Translations under genes and position numbers: made by a program
The notes under the pieces: model-generated
What the model saw: the letters and a program-made list of their open reading frames with translations, nothing else
What the model was told of the DNA's origin: nothing
The model's database searches: none
Part shown: piece after piece, positions 12,728 to 28,581 of the stretch
Layout of the letters: the number at the start of each line of letters is the position of its first letter
Numbering within the stretch: the first letter of the stretch is position 1
Source of the DNA: the human T2T-CHM13v2.0 reference genome, Homo sapiens
Strand: one strand, 5' to 3'
DNA: 64,000 nucleotides
Assembly: GCF_009914755.1 (NCBI RefSeq)
Contig: NC_060939.1

Positions 12728-14767
12728 TGGTACAACAAACGGGAGTCAGGTCTTGACTTACCCAGAGCCCACCTGATACAGTCCTGGCAGGAATTCAAGG
12801 TTCCATCTCCCTAGCATTTTCATACAAGCAATATCTGATTAAAATAAATAACCAAAGTGGCCTGGAAGAAAATAGGAATCAGAAAGCCAAGTCAGAGAAG
12901 GGCAGCAGTGTGCTCAGAGGAATTCAGGGGGTAGAAAAAGAACTCGTTGCCAAGAAGACAATCCCAAATGATGCGTTAACAGTAATGTGTTTGGGCTAAT
13001 GTTTTATACACAGACCCACAAACAAACACACATATTTGTCCATGTGTACACATGCCTTGGACCTTTTGATAAATTTATAACCATTATGAAGAGAATATTT
13101 AACTTTTCTACATGGTAGGCACTGTGTTTTACATTCATTAAATAGCTCAATCATGATAATCACCTGCTGAAATGGGTACTATTATTATCCCCATTTTTCA
13201 GATGAAGAAATCAAGGTTCAAAGAGGTAGTGACTTGGCTGTCACCCTGGTAATAAATGGGTAAATTAGGTTGGTCTAACTGCAAAACCCACGCTTTTAAA
13301 ATAACACTTTCCAACTCCCCAAAAACATACAGACACAGATATTGGTACCTCAGCGCCTCTGTGTGAAATATAACACAGAATACGTTCCATTTCATTCATC
13401 AATGGCTTCTACGGCTAACACATCCAACAGCAAGACAAGTGAGTTTGTTTGTTTCAAGGTGTAAATAGGAGACGGCCAATTTGCCGATCATTTTCGCCTA
13501 TGTGAATTTTGGAGAGGAAGCGGCAGACACGGCGGTTCTGCTAGCACACTTAACCCTCCTAACAATTTGATGAGGTACATATTCTTATCTCAAGTTTACG
13601 GAAGGAGAAACTGAGGCTGCATGCAATTAAGGGCCTTCATCAGACCCTTGCCCGGGTGACTCCAAAGCCCAAGAACGCATGTTCACTCCCAAACAAGGCA
13701 ATCTATATCCTTGTGTTAACCTCTGAACTGGCCCCACTGTGTCACTGGGTTGGGCAGGAGGGCTCATGTATGATGGGGCCTCGTGCCAGGCCAGGCATGC
13801 TCAGTGACTGGGCTGTCACTCTCAGGGCTTCTGTTTGTCTCTGGCAATACCAGGGTGCTCAGGCCGACCAGCTCAGCAGGTGCCCAGAAATGATGACACC
13901 GAGGAGAAAACCCACCCTGGGCTCCCTGTCATGGAGGAACCCAGGAACCCAGGGAACAGCCATCAGCACATGTGCCTTGGAGAAATTTGAATGAAGACCG
14001 AGAAGTCACAAGCCAAACCAGCTACCTCGGAAGGGAGAAGGACATGAGAAGTACATCATTCCAGCCATGAGCTCACCGTCCTTACTCAGAGTTCAAGGCT
14101 GATGAGAGGGAGCAGAGGTAAGGCCGCGCTGACCCCTGCCTTCTCTCTTCTCAAGCTGAGAAGATCCTGGCTGCTGGCTTTCCTATTGCTGTTAACAATG
14201 TACAACTACAAGATATCGTGACTGTACTTTTTTAACGCACTTAGGAACAATTGTTCACTCAGTAAATATGTGTGGCGGGCCTACTCCCATCAGTCATCGG
14301 GAGGGGAGACACAGTCTATTGGTTAAGAACGTGGACTCTGCTGCCTGTCTGAAGAGTTAAGTCCTAGCCTCATCCAAGCCTCGTCTATTGGGGGTCTGCG
14401 GCTATGATTACTTGTGTTATGACTCAGTGGAAGTCCTAAGGTGAGTGCTGGTGAGAAGCATGCCTTCTAGGAGAGGCTTTAGGACAAGTACGCAAGTACC
14501 TGTGATGGTGAAGACAGAACAGGTAGAATCTGGCATGTAACCTAACAGGTAATTCAGAGTCACAAGCACTATTCCTTTCAAAACTGTCTCTTTGGGAGGC
14601 CTCTTATTTATATGTAAAGCATTGTTGTGGATGGCTAAAGGAGCTTTTAGGCAAGCTTATTAACTTATTATTATTATTATTATAAAAGTAGAACATGCTC
14701 ATTTTTCAAACATTGGAAAATAAAGAATTTCTGAAATTACTAACAAGTCTATCATGCAAAACAATGA

Positions 14768-15176
<409 letters not shown>

Positions 15177-15931
15177 GTAGCACATTCTTTTGACTTTGCC
15201 TGGTGAAGCAAATCTTCTTTATCCTTTGAAGGTACGTTGGAGTTTTGGAAACATCCGTAAGTCGTCAGGAACCAGGTGTGGCAAACTTAATAAAAGATCA
15301 AGCTGGGGGCATGTTGCTTTTGGTCCAAACACAAGATGGTAAAGCAATGAAACTAATTTTACTGGGTGACTTGTAAAAGACCACTAACAACAGTTCCAGT
15401 AGGTCGTTTGAAATTTGGGTTTGCCACAGGCAATAACCTAGAAATAAAGGATCCCACAGAGGGCCAGAATTCCAGGTTGTTCACTTTTAAATTTCTGGTG
15501 CCAAGTTTTATGCCTGACAAATAGTAGGCACTGAAAAACAGCTGGGTGTCCCAAAGGAAATTGACTACTTTATTTTTATATTAGTTTTTACTTGCTGTGA
15601 GGCTTTGGCTTATGTACACGCCAAAGTGGATTCTTCTTCCTTTAAGAGACTCAGGCAATTATAAACCCTCCAAAATTTTCTGTAATACACTCAAGAATAT
15701 ATTTTTAAATAACAACGAAGGGAAAATAGGAGATTATTAATACTTTATATAATTCACAAATATATTCTACTTTAAAAATTAAACCATAAAGATATAGCTA
15801 TACTCCTTTTTGAAGACCATATCTGATCCTAGCACCCCTCCTACCTCTTCAAAGGAAGTGAATTCAGTTATCAAATTAACAGTAACTTCCCACATCGGGT
15901 GTGTGTGTCTGTGCGTGTGTGTGTGTAATCA

Positions 15932-16312
<381 letters not shown>

Positions 16313-17591
16313 TTACCATATGTTTGATTTTACTGCTTATATTTTTTGCCCAACTAAAGCAAAACTGATCATGGTGACAAAATCCATTTCAATATATAAG
16401 TTCTGATTTCCTTCCTTTTAAAATAAACTCTTGATTTCATACCAGGCCTTCCACAGTGTTTGGGAGAATTTAGAGTTGCCAGAGAAATTAGCAGAGGCAC
16501 GTAAGAACTTCCACACTGGGTCAGCCCTAGGATTTAGCAGCCCAGCATTGTACATCTGACAGTGATGCCAAGGAATGCTGTGGATGGATGGGCTGATGTC
16601 AAACTCCAGGATTAGAGACATCCTAAGACATTCTCATTATCCTTCATGACCCACGGTGCATCTGTCCTCCACAAATGTATCAAGCTTCTTGATAACATAT
16701 TTCTATTTCCAGCTTGTACCATCTTTATGGACTAATGGGCTCCATGAGTTATATTTGCTAGGAGAGGGGTTTGCCTTCCCTTTACTGTCATCTCATCTGA
16801 AACATTTGACCTGCCTTTGTCTCTCACCTTCACCTATTTTCAGGGATATCAAAAGAGGACTTTGCTTTGGGAAAAATATGTGTGGACATGCTTTTGTTGC
16901 TTCCATCTGGCAAGGACAGTAGAAAGATTGAAACTGGAAGCCTTGGGGAAGAAGGAACCACAGAACTATAAAATAAAACAGGCAAACAAACAACAGAAAA
17001 AGAAACTGTGAGCCAAGGGTAGATGGCTGGCATCAAGGTAGATAGATCCAGTGGTTTTATTCTAACTTCCTCCCAGGGCAGATGTCGCACTTCTCAGCCA
17101 GGATCTATAATAGCCCCACAGCTTAGGAAGGAACAAGAAGAGGTAGAAATGAAATGGCTCCCAAAAGAAAAACCTCCCTTGGGTGGTATTTTAGGACATT
17201 AGCTCAGGCTGCCTTGTCCTCAGTCATCTCAGTGGCATTTAAGTAGCCCCTTGGGTTACAGATCACGGCAGGTGCTGGGAAGTGAAGAAGGCCATGCTAA
17301 AAATACTGGCCTCTTCTGGAACTCTGCCGGCAGCCCTGATGGAGCTCCCTCCTCAAGCAGCAGTACCTCAGCAAAAGAACAGTTTCCTCCGCCTTAAGCA
17401 GTAAGAAAAGTCTGGCTCCTTCCTCCACTGAAGTTCCTGAGGTAGAATGGTCCTCAGGACAAAATACTCAGAGAAGCATTTCTATTGAGGAACAGCAATT
17501 TCTATCAAAGCAAGAAAACAGGTTCTCTTAAGAACTCAGGGTCCCAGAAGAAAGTGCTAAACCCTGGGGTACAAGGTTTTGCTTTTAGCAC

Positions 17592-17734
17592 ACTCATCCT
17601 GATGCTGTCATGAGAGGTGAGTAGGAGGAGGTAACGAACTTGTAAGTGCTTTTTAAACTACACATATATAAGAGAATATCACCATTCTTCAGACAGCTAA
17701 ATTCCCCCACATATAGAGCTTGATTAAACCTACA
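17592..17734 (+). repeat. Copy 1 of a direct duplication of about 143 bp (copy 2 at 19614-19755)
   Basis: ACTCATCCTGATGCTGTCAT...AGGAGGAGGTAA.GAACTTG...AGACAGCTAAAT...GAGCTTGATTAAA.CTACA in both copies. Confidence 0.93.
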
Positions 17735-18773
17735 TGTTAACCAATTAAACCTTGGGGAAATGGGTTTTGCTAGTCTGCCAAGAAAGGGTCTTTACAAAAC
17801 CAAAAGAAAGCCCATTGCTTACTTTTAATAACCTAGGCCCACCCATAGGCCTCTAAATCAAATAACCTCCACTGAGAATTAAGCTGTTAGCACTAGGTCT
17901 GGCATAGGTGCAGAAACAAAAGTTTAGAAATCCTAATCTTGAATTTACCTAACACGGCTGCCTCCTAGAGCCTGAGTGGGTTGTAGCGAGACCTCAAGTA
18001 GAGGAGAGGCACCTGGGCCATCCGCCTCCATGGGCTTTTTTTTTTTTGCATCGAATTTCATGGTCTGCAAAGTAAGGGTGGGGCTTTACTTGCCATTCAG
18101 GAGGTTGCAAAGGTCACCTCCACATATGTTCCTGTTAAGGACATCAGCAGAAACTTGAGAAGCAAGTATAAAAATATAAAAATGAGCAGGTGGCATTCAA
18201 TAGGAAAAGAATGCAGGGTTTGCTGGGAAGTCATGATTGAAACCAGTCCAAGGCTCCGACGTGGCCTTCAAGGCTCTGGACTGCGAAGTCTGTACAGACG
18301 CTTTCGTTTCTGCGCAGGCTGGGTCTTAAGGAGGCACTAGTTGCTGTTTTGCCCCAAATTTTCTCTTCATTTTCCCCCCAAACATACTGCCTGGGTTAAC
18401 TGGTGGCTCATTCCTTTGCAAACCCAAGGGTTTTAAGGGAATCAAGTGTAGATATCTATTGATTACCCCAAATCTCCATTAAAGCTACTGGGAATAAAAT
18501 TAACATACTCACCTTTCTATCTTCAAGATGTCCTTATTATCCCTCCTTTGGTCATAAACACAAGAGTGGAAAAAGATTTTGGTGGCTTACCAACATTTTC
18601 TCACTAGGTTCTCCCATCACTGAGAGTGGGTGGGAGGGTTTAGGAGCCCAGGCTTCTGTTGTGAGCTGGCCCATGCAGGTCAGGGCAACCCTTCAATCTT
18701 AGCCTCATTAGTATCATGTTTTAACCACGTTCTGCGTGTAGAAACGACCTTAGCGACCCCCCCCTTCCCCTTA

Positions 18774-19124
<351 letters not shown>

Positions 19125-19267
19125 TCAAACTGAACCTAAAAACAGGCTGGGAATGAATGAATGAAAAGGGCATTGTTACTGAGAGTTCAGATATCTGCAT
19201 TTTTGTTCCTGCACTGCCACCTCCCAGCTGAGTGGTCTTGAACCAGTTACTGCCCTTGGTGTGTGTG

Positions 19268-19632
<365 letters not shown>

Positions 19633-21246
19633 TAAGAGGTTGGGAGGAGGAGGTAATGAACTTGAAAGTGCTTTATAAACTATACAAACATGAAGGAATA
19701 TCGCCTTTCTTAAGACAGCTAAATCTGCCACACTTGGAGCTTGATTAAATCTACACTGAGTTGCTACTGTTGAGAGACAGACAATAAGAGGTAAGGCAGG
19801 AAAACTCCTATGCCTTTTTTTTTTTGTACTGGGACAATCATTTTGCCCATGCAAACATTCCAGGTAATAAGCGTGCTCAAGGGCCTCTCCAAAGAATCAG
19901 GACCAGCTGTGTGTTACTAAACAATAAAGGCAGGCACGCCTTGAAAATGGCCTAAAGACCTTTCTCAGAGATCCAAACCAGCCCCACCCCCCGCCCCCAG
20001 GAAGCATAGCATATTTTCTGTGAGGCCTTGATGGTAGCATCACAAACCCTTGGGAAACACAACTCCCAGTGTTTGAGGAGAGCATGCCGTATCTTGTTCC
20101 AGGGACACTGAGTCGTGAGCATAAAACGCTGCATTCCAAAAGAGACGAAGAAGCAGTCGTCTCTCCATTTAATTATAGATTCTTCACTTTCCCTTAATTG
20201 CTTCAGTCAGCACTGTTGACTCTGGGGGAGTCACAGTACACCGGCAGGGCTATTGCTGTTAAACAAGGGGTGACTATCAGGTAATGAGGTTTTCATTTTG
20301 TTTTTTCAAACAAACAAACCCTGATGTACATATTCAAGTGGGCATTCCTGTTAAAGGTGTCACATTGGGAAATGATGCTCATGTTGACTCTCCTTTGTAA
20401 CCAAATATTGATAAATGTAGTATGACACATACAAGTGTTTTATGGAAGGAAAAAGGCAGCATATTTAATATTAAAGCTTTCCTAGAAAACCCGAGATATG
20501 TGATCCTCATAACTATAGAGGGCCCCAGGTGACCAACTGAGCTGATGGTCATGCCATGGGAAATACATATTAAATGACTCCCAAAGAGAGGGTTCTCCCT
20601 GCATCATACATAGACACTTTTCCTACAGAAAAAGATCCATGTCTTTTGTCTGCTTCCCTGGATCCCATAAGCCCTAAATGTCTTGCACACAAAAGGTGTC
20701 CAATAAATATTTGGAGACATTTGTCTTACCCTATCACAATACTTATATTCATTCTTCATGAAATAAGACACAGAGCCCATATTTTGAATGGAAACAAGAT
20801 CTTTTGAACCTAGATTTGTTACTTTACCTTCCCAGACTTTCTTGTAAGTCAGTAAGAAAGCTGGACTTGTCAGTCATAAAAAAAATTGTTCAACAAACAT
20901 TCATTGAGAAATGACTGAATACCAGGCACTGGAGAAATCTGGAAATTCCAAGCATGTTCGTGGTGATCACGTAGAGCCTCTAGGCCAAGAATGTTGAATG
21001 TTGTGCAGGCTGTCATGCCACCATGATTTGGTAAGCTTTTTACTTTCAAGGAATATAGACTCGCTTATGTAACCTCAAGAAATACAGGGGGTTATTATAA
21101 GGACCCCTGGAACTGAAATTTGGTCATATTCTCCCATTCTCTTTCTCTAAATGGTGCTTCTGTTTATCTTGATATGCCTGCTTCATTCTTTCTCTATAAT
21201 CACTTCTCTGCTTTTTCATAACTTAGCTGATGCATGCCTATTGTGC

Positions 21247-21600
21247 TGTATTAGTCAGGAGAAGCTAGTTATGCTTCAGTAACAAACAACCCCCAATCTC
21301 AGTGGCCTAAAATAACAAAGATTTATATCTTATTCTCACTACATGTCCACCAAGGGTTAGTTGGGGGGAAAGAGGGAGCCACTTGAAAACCCACAATGAC
21401 AGAGCAGCCACAGTCTTGAAAAATGAACATGGTTAGTCGTGAGCTCTTTAAGTATCCACCAGAAGTCATTTCTGCTCACGTTTCCTTGGCCAAAGCAAGT
21501 CAAATGGCCACAGCCAACTTAATTGGGTGGGATGTACAATGCTACCACGACATTGACTGGGGAGAAAGCCTAAAAAATTGTGAATAACCTTAATCACTTT
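21247..21600 (-). mobile_element. Old MaLR LTR (MLT1J/K-like)
   Basis: TGTATTAGTCAGG...TATGCT.CAGTAACAAACAACCCC.AATCTCAGTGGC. Confidence 0.65.
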
Positions 21601-22199
21601 TACACGTGGCATTTCCAGCCCGACACTGCAATCCCTTTTTGTTTCAGCAGCCACGGCTAGTGATTCCCATTTTTCACGTTCCTTGATTCAAACTGCAATG
21701 AAAGAAGCTGAGTGGCCCAGTTCATCATTGCCTGACAAGCCACAACGCCAAGTCCCTGGTTAGTATTTAGATCCGTCCTTGAGTCGTGGCCAATCAGCCA
21801 GAGAACAGGGATACACACTACATACAGCCTGTGACTGTCCAGCCTACCTCTGGAGAGGACCAGGAGACCTGTTCACTACAGAAGAATGTGTTATTTAAGT
21901 CATGACGTTTTGCTTGTCCTAGCTTTGTCTTAGCCCTTGGTGACAAAAAGGTCATGGGTGGTATAGCCCATGAAGCTGACTTGGGCCTGACACATGGCAG
22001 AATCTCAACACGGGTTAAAAGAAATGATTGAATTCAGGACCTGCTATGTTAACCCATCAGTCTAGAGATCAATGATGTGGTACTAAGGGATTTTAAAAGT
22101 TAGCGTTGTATAGCTCCATTTCCATACTTTGACACCATAGGCTTCGACCTCTGAATATAGGCCCTAGGTGAGGGAGTCTGGGAGAGGAAGAGGTGAAAA

Positions 22200-22626
22200 G
22201 AAGAGACATCGATGGCTTTAAACTACACAATAAGGTCTGAATGTCTGAATCTGGAATTCAAGGCCCTTTATCTTACAGCCCCAAGCTTCCTTTCCAGTCT
22301 CATGCCCCCATTCACCCCCAAAATCCTACTGTCCAACCACCACCAAACATTCCTTTTTCTTTCCTTGGCGCATACAACGGCCCTCCTCTCTAGCTAACTG
22401 CTACCCTTCCTTTAAAATCAGTTTAAAAGCCATCACCTTTTCAGAGAATTTTTTCCCATCTGCTCTGACCTAGTCATTTCTATTTCTTCCTCGTGTGAAT
22501 TCTTAACACCTTTCTCATGCCAAACACCTGGAGGACATAGACCTGTGCTACTCATTCTTTGGATTCCAGAGCCTAGTACCTGCCTAGTATATAGCAGGTA
22601 CTCAACAACCGTGTGTTTAATAAATT
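22200..22626. mobile_element. L2 fragment
   Basis: Degenerate L2 3' end CCTAGTACCTGCC...AGCAGGTACTCAA...; similar L2 ends at about 7130-7210 and 39090-39230. Confidence 0.6.
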
Positions 22627-24108
22627 GCTTGTAGCATGATTTCATTTAAGGAAACTTTAATGAGTCCCTCGGCTACATATGGCACAGTAAGAAAAGAAAA
22701 GTCAGTAACATGTGGTCCCGCAAGGAGTTTCTCTAGTTCAGTTGCCTCTTTTTATAAGTGAGAAAAAAAGGCTTAGAGAGATTGTAACATGGCTAAGGTC
22801 ACACTGCAAGGAAGTGACCAGGCCAGGTCTGGATCCCTGGAACTGACTCCTAACTCCCTATTCTTGCCTCCTCTGCTGAGCTCCAACCTGGGGAGTCAGC
22901 TCCCTGGAGTCCACGCATCTGGATATCGTCCACATGCCTGGAACTTTGTCACTGTTCCGGTGGCTGGGTTGACACACCGTGATTAAAGGGCTCTGGTCAA
23001 TTTCTGTGCCACGCAGCCCCTATGCTAATGGTCAGATCTAATGTTCTGACCATTAGGTCAGTGTATCTTTTCCCTCCTGGGCAGTTAGGTTAGTGGAAGA
23101 AACCCGATAAAATCTTGGAGAGGAATTTGATCATTCTCTGAAGGACTTACAAGTTGTTTGGCCTGCCTAATCTGCTCAGATACCGTCCGGGGAATATTTG
23201 GTAACCATGCAGTACAGACTGTGAATTATTCTGTGGGGACTATTAACGAGACCCTCACCAACCCTGCCTCAGCTGATCTCAGGGCTTGGGGGCAGCCCCC
23301 TCTCCTCCCCTCCCACTGAAGCTCTGAAAAAAAGCAGCCTTTCCCCCTTGGGGGATGGGAGGAGTAGTTAAAAATAAGAAGTGTTGGGGGAAATCCTCCT
23401 CCTTCCAAGCACAGCTCACACGGCAGAGCCTCCTCAGAGTTGCGGCTGCGGATGCAATGACTTAGCCAGGTTAACGCCGATCCCATGTTTTCCGAAACCT
23501 GGCACCTAAGCATCTAACATGGAAGGCCGACTCCCTAAAATCAGTGCAAGAAAAATGATAACAAGTTATATCTGGAGGGACCTCGGGGATTATCTACCCG
23601 CTGGATTTAAAGTTGAGGAAGCCGCGGGCAGCAAACAAGGTCTCACAGTTGCTGGTGGCAGAGTAGAGACCACAGACCAAATTGCCTGAGTCTAAACTCA
23701 ATGTTCTTTCCCCTTAGACTGCCACCCGCACACACACGCACACATGCACACCTTTTTGGAGGCACTGCACAGCAAGCACAGAAGTACGCCACTGAGTCCT
23801 GTGTCCCTAAAGTATTTGACTGTCCCTCCGCTGGGGGAAAGGGCAGGCAGAAAACAAGACTCCGTGTGCTGTCGCTGTGCCGCCCCCTGCCTCTCTGACC
23901 CGCGCCCGCAGAGAAAGTCTCAAGAGCCGCCCCAGGCTTTCTCCCACGTTCTCCCTTTCTCTGCTGCAGTTGAGTTTCCAGAGCGTGAGCGCGCAGGATG
24001 ACACCTGGCTGGCTGAGAGCTGCCGGGGAGGCGCTGGCGGGTGCCGAGAGCGCACTGACCCTGACGCGGGGTGCAGCACGGCTGGGAAGCCCCCGGGCCT
24101 TTGGCTAA

Positions 24109-24945
<837 letters not shown>

Positions 24946-25533
24946 TAGTCTAACTTAGTCTGGTCTGAGGACGCTTATTTCCCTTCTCTGGTTCCCATGG
25001 CCCGCGAAATCAAGTCCTAGAGGCGCTTTATTCTCAGGACTGGGAATCAGTTTGGGGGAGGGAGGAGGACACCCGGTTCCTGGGGACGTTTGAAGGAAGG
25101 GCGAGGGATGGAGAAAGGGGGTCGAGTAACTCAAGTGTTAGAAGTTCGTTGACTTTTGACTGGGGAGAAAGGAACCTTAAACTTGGGGAGGAGAAGGGAG
25201 TCCTGGAGTTGTTACCTAAGAACAAAGATGGGGCGGAATGGAGGCTACAGCCCGAAAGCCAGGCCAGCAGTGGCGTTCTTCTGTGTCCCCAAGTAGTGGA
25301 CTTGAGCCCGCTGAGACCTCGGCAGGAGTCTCGTCCCAGGGCAGGTGGGTGTGCGGGGTGAGCCGCGGAGCGGTTCCAGCTCGGGTAAAGAGGAAGTTAC
25401 CTCGGGTCCTTTGCACTCCAACTCGGCGGCGCCCCGAGCCCGAGGGGCCCCAGCCAACCCGACGCCCGTGTGTTGTGTGTGTCTAACACCCGGTCCGTGC
25501 CGGCCGCCCGCGCCCGCCCGCCGCTGCCCCCAG

Positions 25534-25659
25534 CTCGAGGAGGACATCGCGGCCAAGGAGAAGTTGCTGCGGGTGTCGGAGGACGAGCGGGACCGGGTGC
25601 TGGAGGAGCTGCACAAGGCGGAGGACAGCCTCCTGGCCGCCGAAGAGGCCGCCGCCAAG
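25534..25659 (+). CDS. TPM1: TPM1 exon 2a (smooth-muscle/kappa; LEEDIAAKEKLLRVSEDERDRVLEELHKAEDSLLAAEEAAAK)
   Basis: cccccag|CTC ... AAG|gtaccc, 126 nt, phase 0. Confidence 0.98.
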
Positions 25660-25695
25660 GTACCCGGGGCGCGCGGCACGGCGTGGCGCACGAAT

Positions 25696-26058
<363 letters not shown>

Positions 26059-26119
26059 TGAAGGAAGTTTACCTTTTCCTGCTGGACACCTGCACACAGC
26101 CCTGCCATGGCCCAGAGCA

Positions 26120-26205
26120 TTGGATGCCGCCTCTGACTGCTACTGCACACATTCATTTATATTTCATCCACTCCTCTCTTCTTCTCCTTTCCTTTACCTC
26201 CCTGG
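26120..26205 (+). promoter_or_regulatory. Downstream regulatory element of exon 2b (YGC cluster followed by a pyrimidine tract; MBNL/PTBP1-type)
   Basis: GGATGCCGCCTCTGACTGCTACTGC followed by TCCTCTCTTCTTCTCCTTTCCTTT; equivalent to the rat alpha-TM DRE. Confidence 0.7.
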
Positions 26206-27823
26206 GGGTGGAGGTGGGTGGATGAGAGGCTGGGAGAATAGAGCAGCTGAAATTGGACTCTGGAGGTGAACTTCACCTCCCTGGTGGCAGAAAACCCTTG
26301 AGGTGTCATCACCAAGGTTTGTGTAGAGAATGCCAGGTTTTCTTCACTTTCTTTCCTTTTGCCGTTTCCAGTGGGTGGGAAGTTCTGGGTTTGGTGGTGG
26401 GTCTAGTCAGGGTTCAGAGAACCTGGCCTCTAAATGAAAGAAATGACACAGCGGTACCTTTACTTAGATGGCTGCACTTCATGGTGGGGCACAGAGACAC
26501 TTTGAGGCTTCCTTTCTCATTAGTGTAAGCCTTAATCCACCCCTTAAGATCTGCCTGGGAAGATGATACTTGCTTGGGTCTGCAGTCTGAAGGCACTAGA
26601 TCCAGAAAGTAAGCTGTGAGTTATATATAGCTCAGTGCTTTATATGGTATAGTGAGCTAGCTGCCCCCTGCCCCTCCTGCTGGCCCCGCCCCCACCTGTC
26701 AGCCTTCTGACAACCACCACATAGTTGCAGGGGTGATGCACACAGCTAAGGCTCTCCTAAGCTCTTTGTCCACTGCCCTTTGGAAGCTTTTTAATTGATG
26801 GCTTGCCTCTTCTGCCTCGGAAAGTCAAGCCAAAGGACCAACTTCTTTTCACACCGTTGGATTCCATTCTAAAAGCTAATTAAGCCTAGAGGCCCAATTA
26901 GAAAAGAATTCCTTGGGAAGTTGGTAACAATTCCAAGAATGTGTGAGCACCAGGGAAAGCTATGCCAGCAGTTGAAACACCGAGAGCAACAGCAGACTTT
27001 TTTATATGAAAGTAACATGCAAATAACTGAAGGGTCTCAGGTCTTGAAATTAGTGAAGTCTTTTGTAGCATGAAAGGCTTGAGATGTATATCCAGGTGTG
27101 CTTTGTAAATGAGAACTCCAGAGACGACATTTAGGATCTGACAAAAAGAAATTTTCAGTGAAAATCAAGCTTCCTGGAAAGGGGATTTGGGGGGAAGCAC
27201 TGATTTCGCTAAAACATTTAAATTCTAAACTACCTGGCTTTGGAAAAAGAGCCAAAAACCATATATGACTCTGAGCCTACTTTGTATAATGCAGATCAGA
27301 TGCCTGCTCTATATATGGCTAAATGGAAGATGCCTGCCTCCCGCAAATTCTCCAGCAGGACGTTTATTTAGCTTTTTCAAAAGAGCTGCTAATAGATCAA
27401 GGAAAGATATTCCTTATAAGGAAAAGAATGCAGAGAATTTGAAAATAGCCCAGTAAGACTGAAGGCAAAAGAGGGAGAAAAAGGTTACTACAATTCTTAA
27501 GGGAAAAAAATAGGATAATAATTATTGTAACTATGTAGTGCTAACATGTCTTTATTGAAAAGTCTTGTTGAAGGGAGCGCTGGAATGGGGTGGGGCAGAA
27601 ATGGGAAAGAAGTTATTTAAAGTCAGCTGGTGTGGGAAGCAGCAGGGGAGGGAGCTTCTTGAATCTTGTTTTGGTTATTTTTCCCACCGGGAAACTGCCC
27701 CTAAATCTGGCATATATGGCTTTTTTGATAGTGTATTGATCACATTCCCTTTTAGGACACTTTAGGTTGTCTGGAGTTTGGAGCCCGTAGGAATATTGAA
27801 GAAGTTAGTGAAGAAATGCTATA

Positions 27824-28118
27824 CAGTCATTTGTTGATTAATGAAGGGGGATAAGGTCTGAGACATGTGTCGTTAGGTGATTTATTCATTGTGCAAACAC
27901 CATAGAGTGTATGGTACTTACACAAACCTAGAGGGTATAGCCTACTAAACACCTAGGCTACAAACTTGTACAGTGTGTTACTGTACTGAATACTGTCAAC
28001 AATTGTAACACAAATCACCAGGCGATAGGAATTTTTTAGTTCTATTGTAATCTTATGAGGCTACTCTCATATATGCAGCCCCTCATTGACCAAAACATCA
28101 TTATGCAGTGCATGACCA
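27824..28118 (+). mobile_element. Tigger3/MER7-like (Golem) non-autonomous DNA transposon
   Basis: TA|CAGTCAT ... ATGACCA|TA termini with TA TSD; internal TTACACAAACCTAGAGGGTATAGCCTACT...CACCTAGGCTA. Confidence 0.85.
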
Positions 28119-28581
28119 TATTGAGAGTATTCGTTTTTTATTTACTAAAAAATAGTCAAAACTTGAGGAGGAAGAGACAGATGTCACTAGAAAAAGGGAG
28201 AAGTCCGGTAAGGGAGAAGTCAGCTTCCTGAGGTGGAATCGTATTACCTTTGGGATTAGGACATTTCATTGTCATTATTCACCAGTGTAAAACACTTTTA
28301 CATTTTTCTACTATTATTACTAAAAACATTTTTCTACTACTTTACAAATCCTATTCTGGAAGTGGGCTCTACCTAGCTTAGAAGATTGTCATTCAGGAGT
28401 AGTATCCCTGATGGTCTTGTTTCGAATTTTGTGTTGTCTTTCCACCTAAGTCAAAAGTGAGGCTGAAGGGGATCGAAGACTCCATTTTTTTCTGGCCCCC
28501 AATCTCTTCCCCAGTAACTGTGATATATCTGATATTTATAGCATATGAGTCTTTATCCCTTTGTAGGTCTTTACTTCTTAA

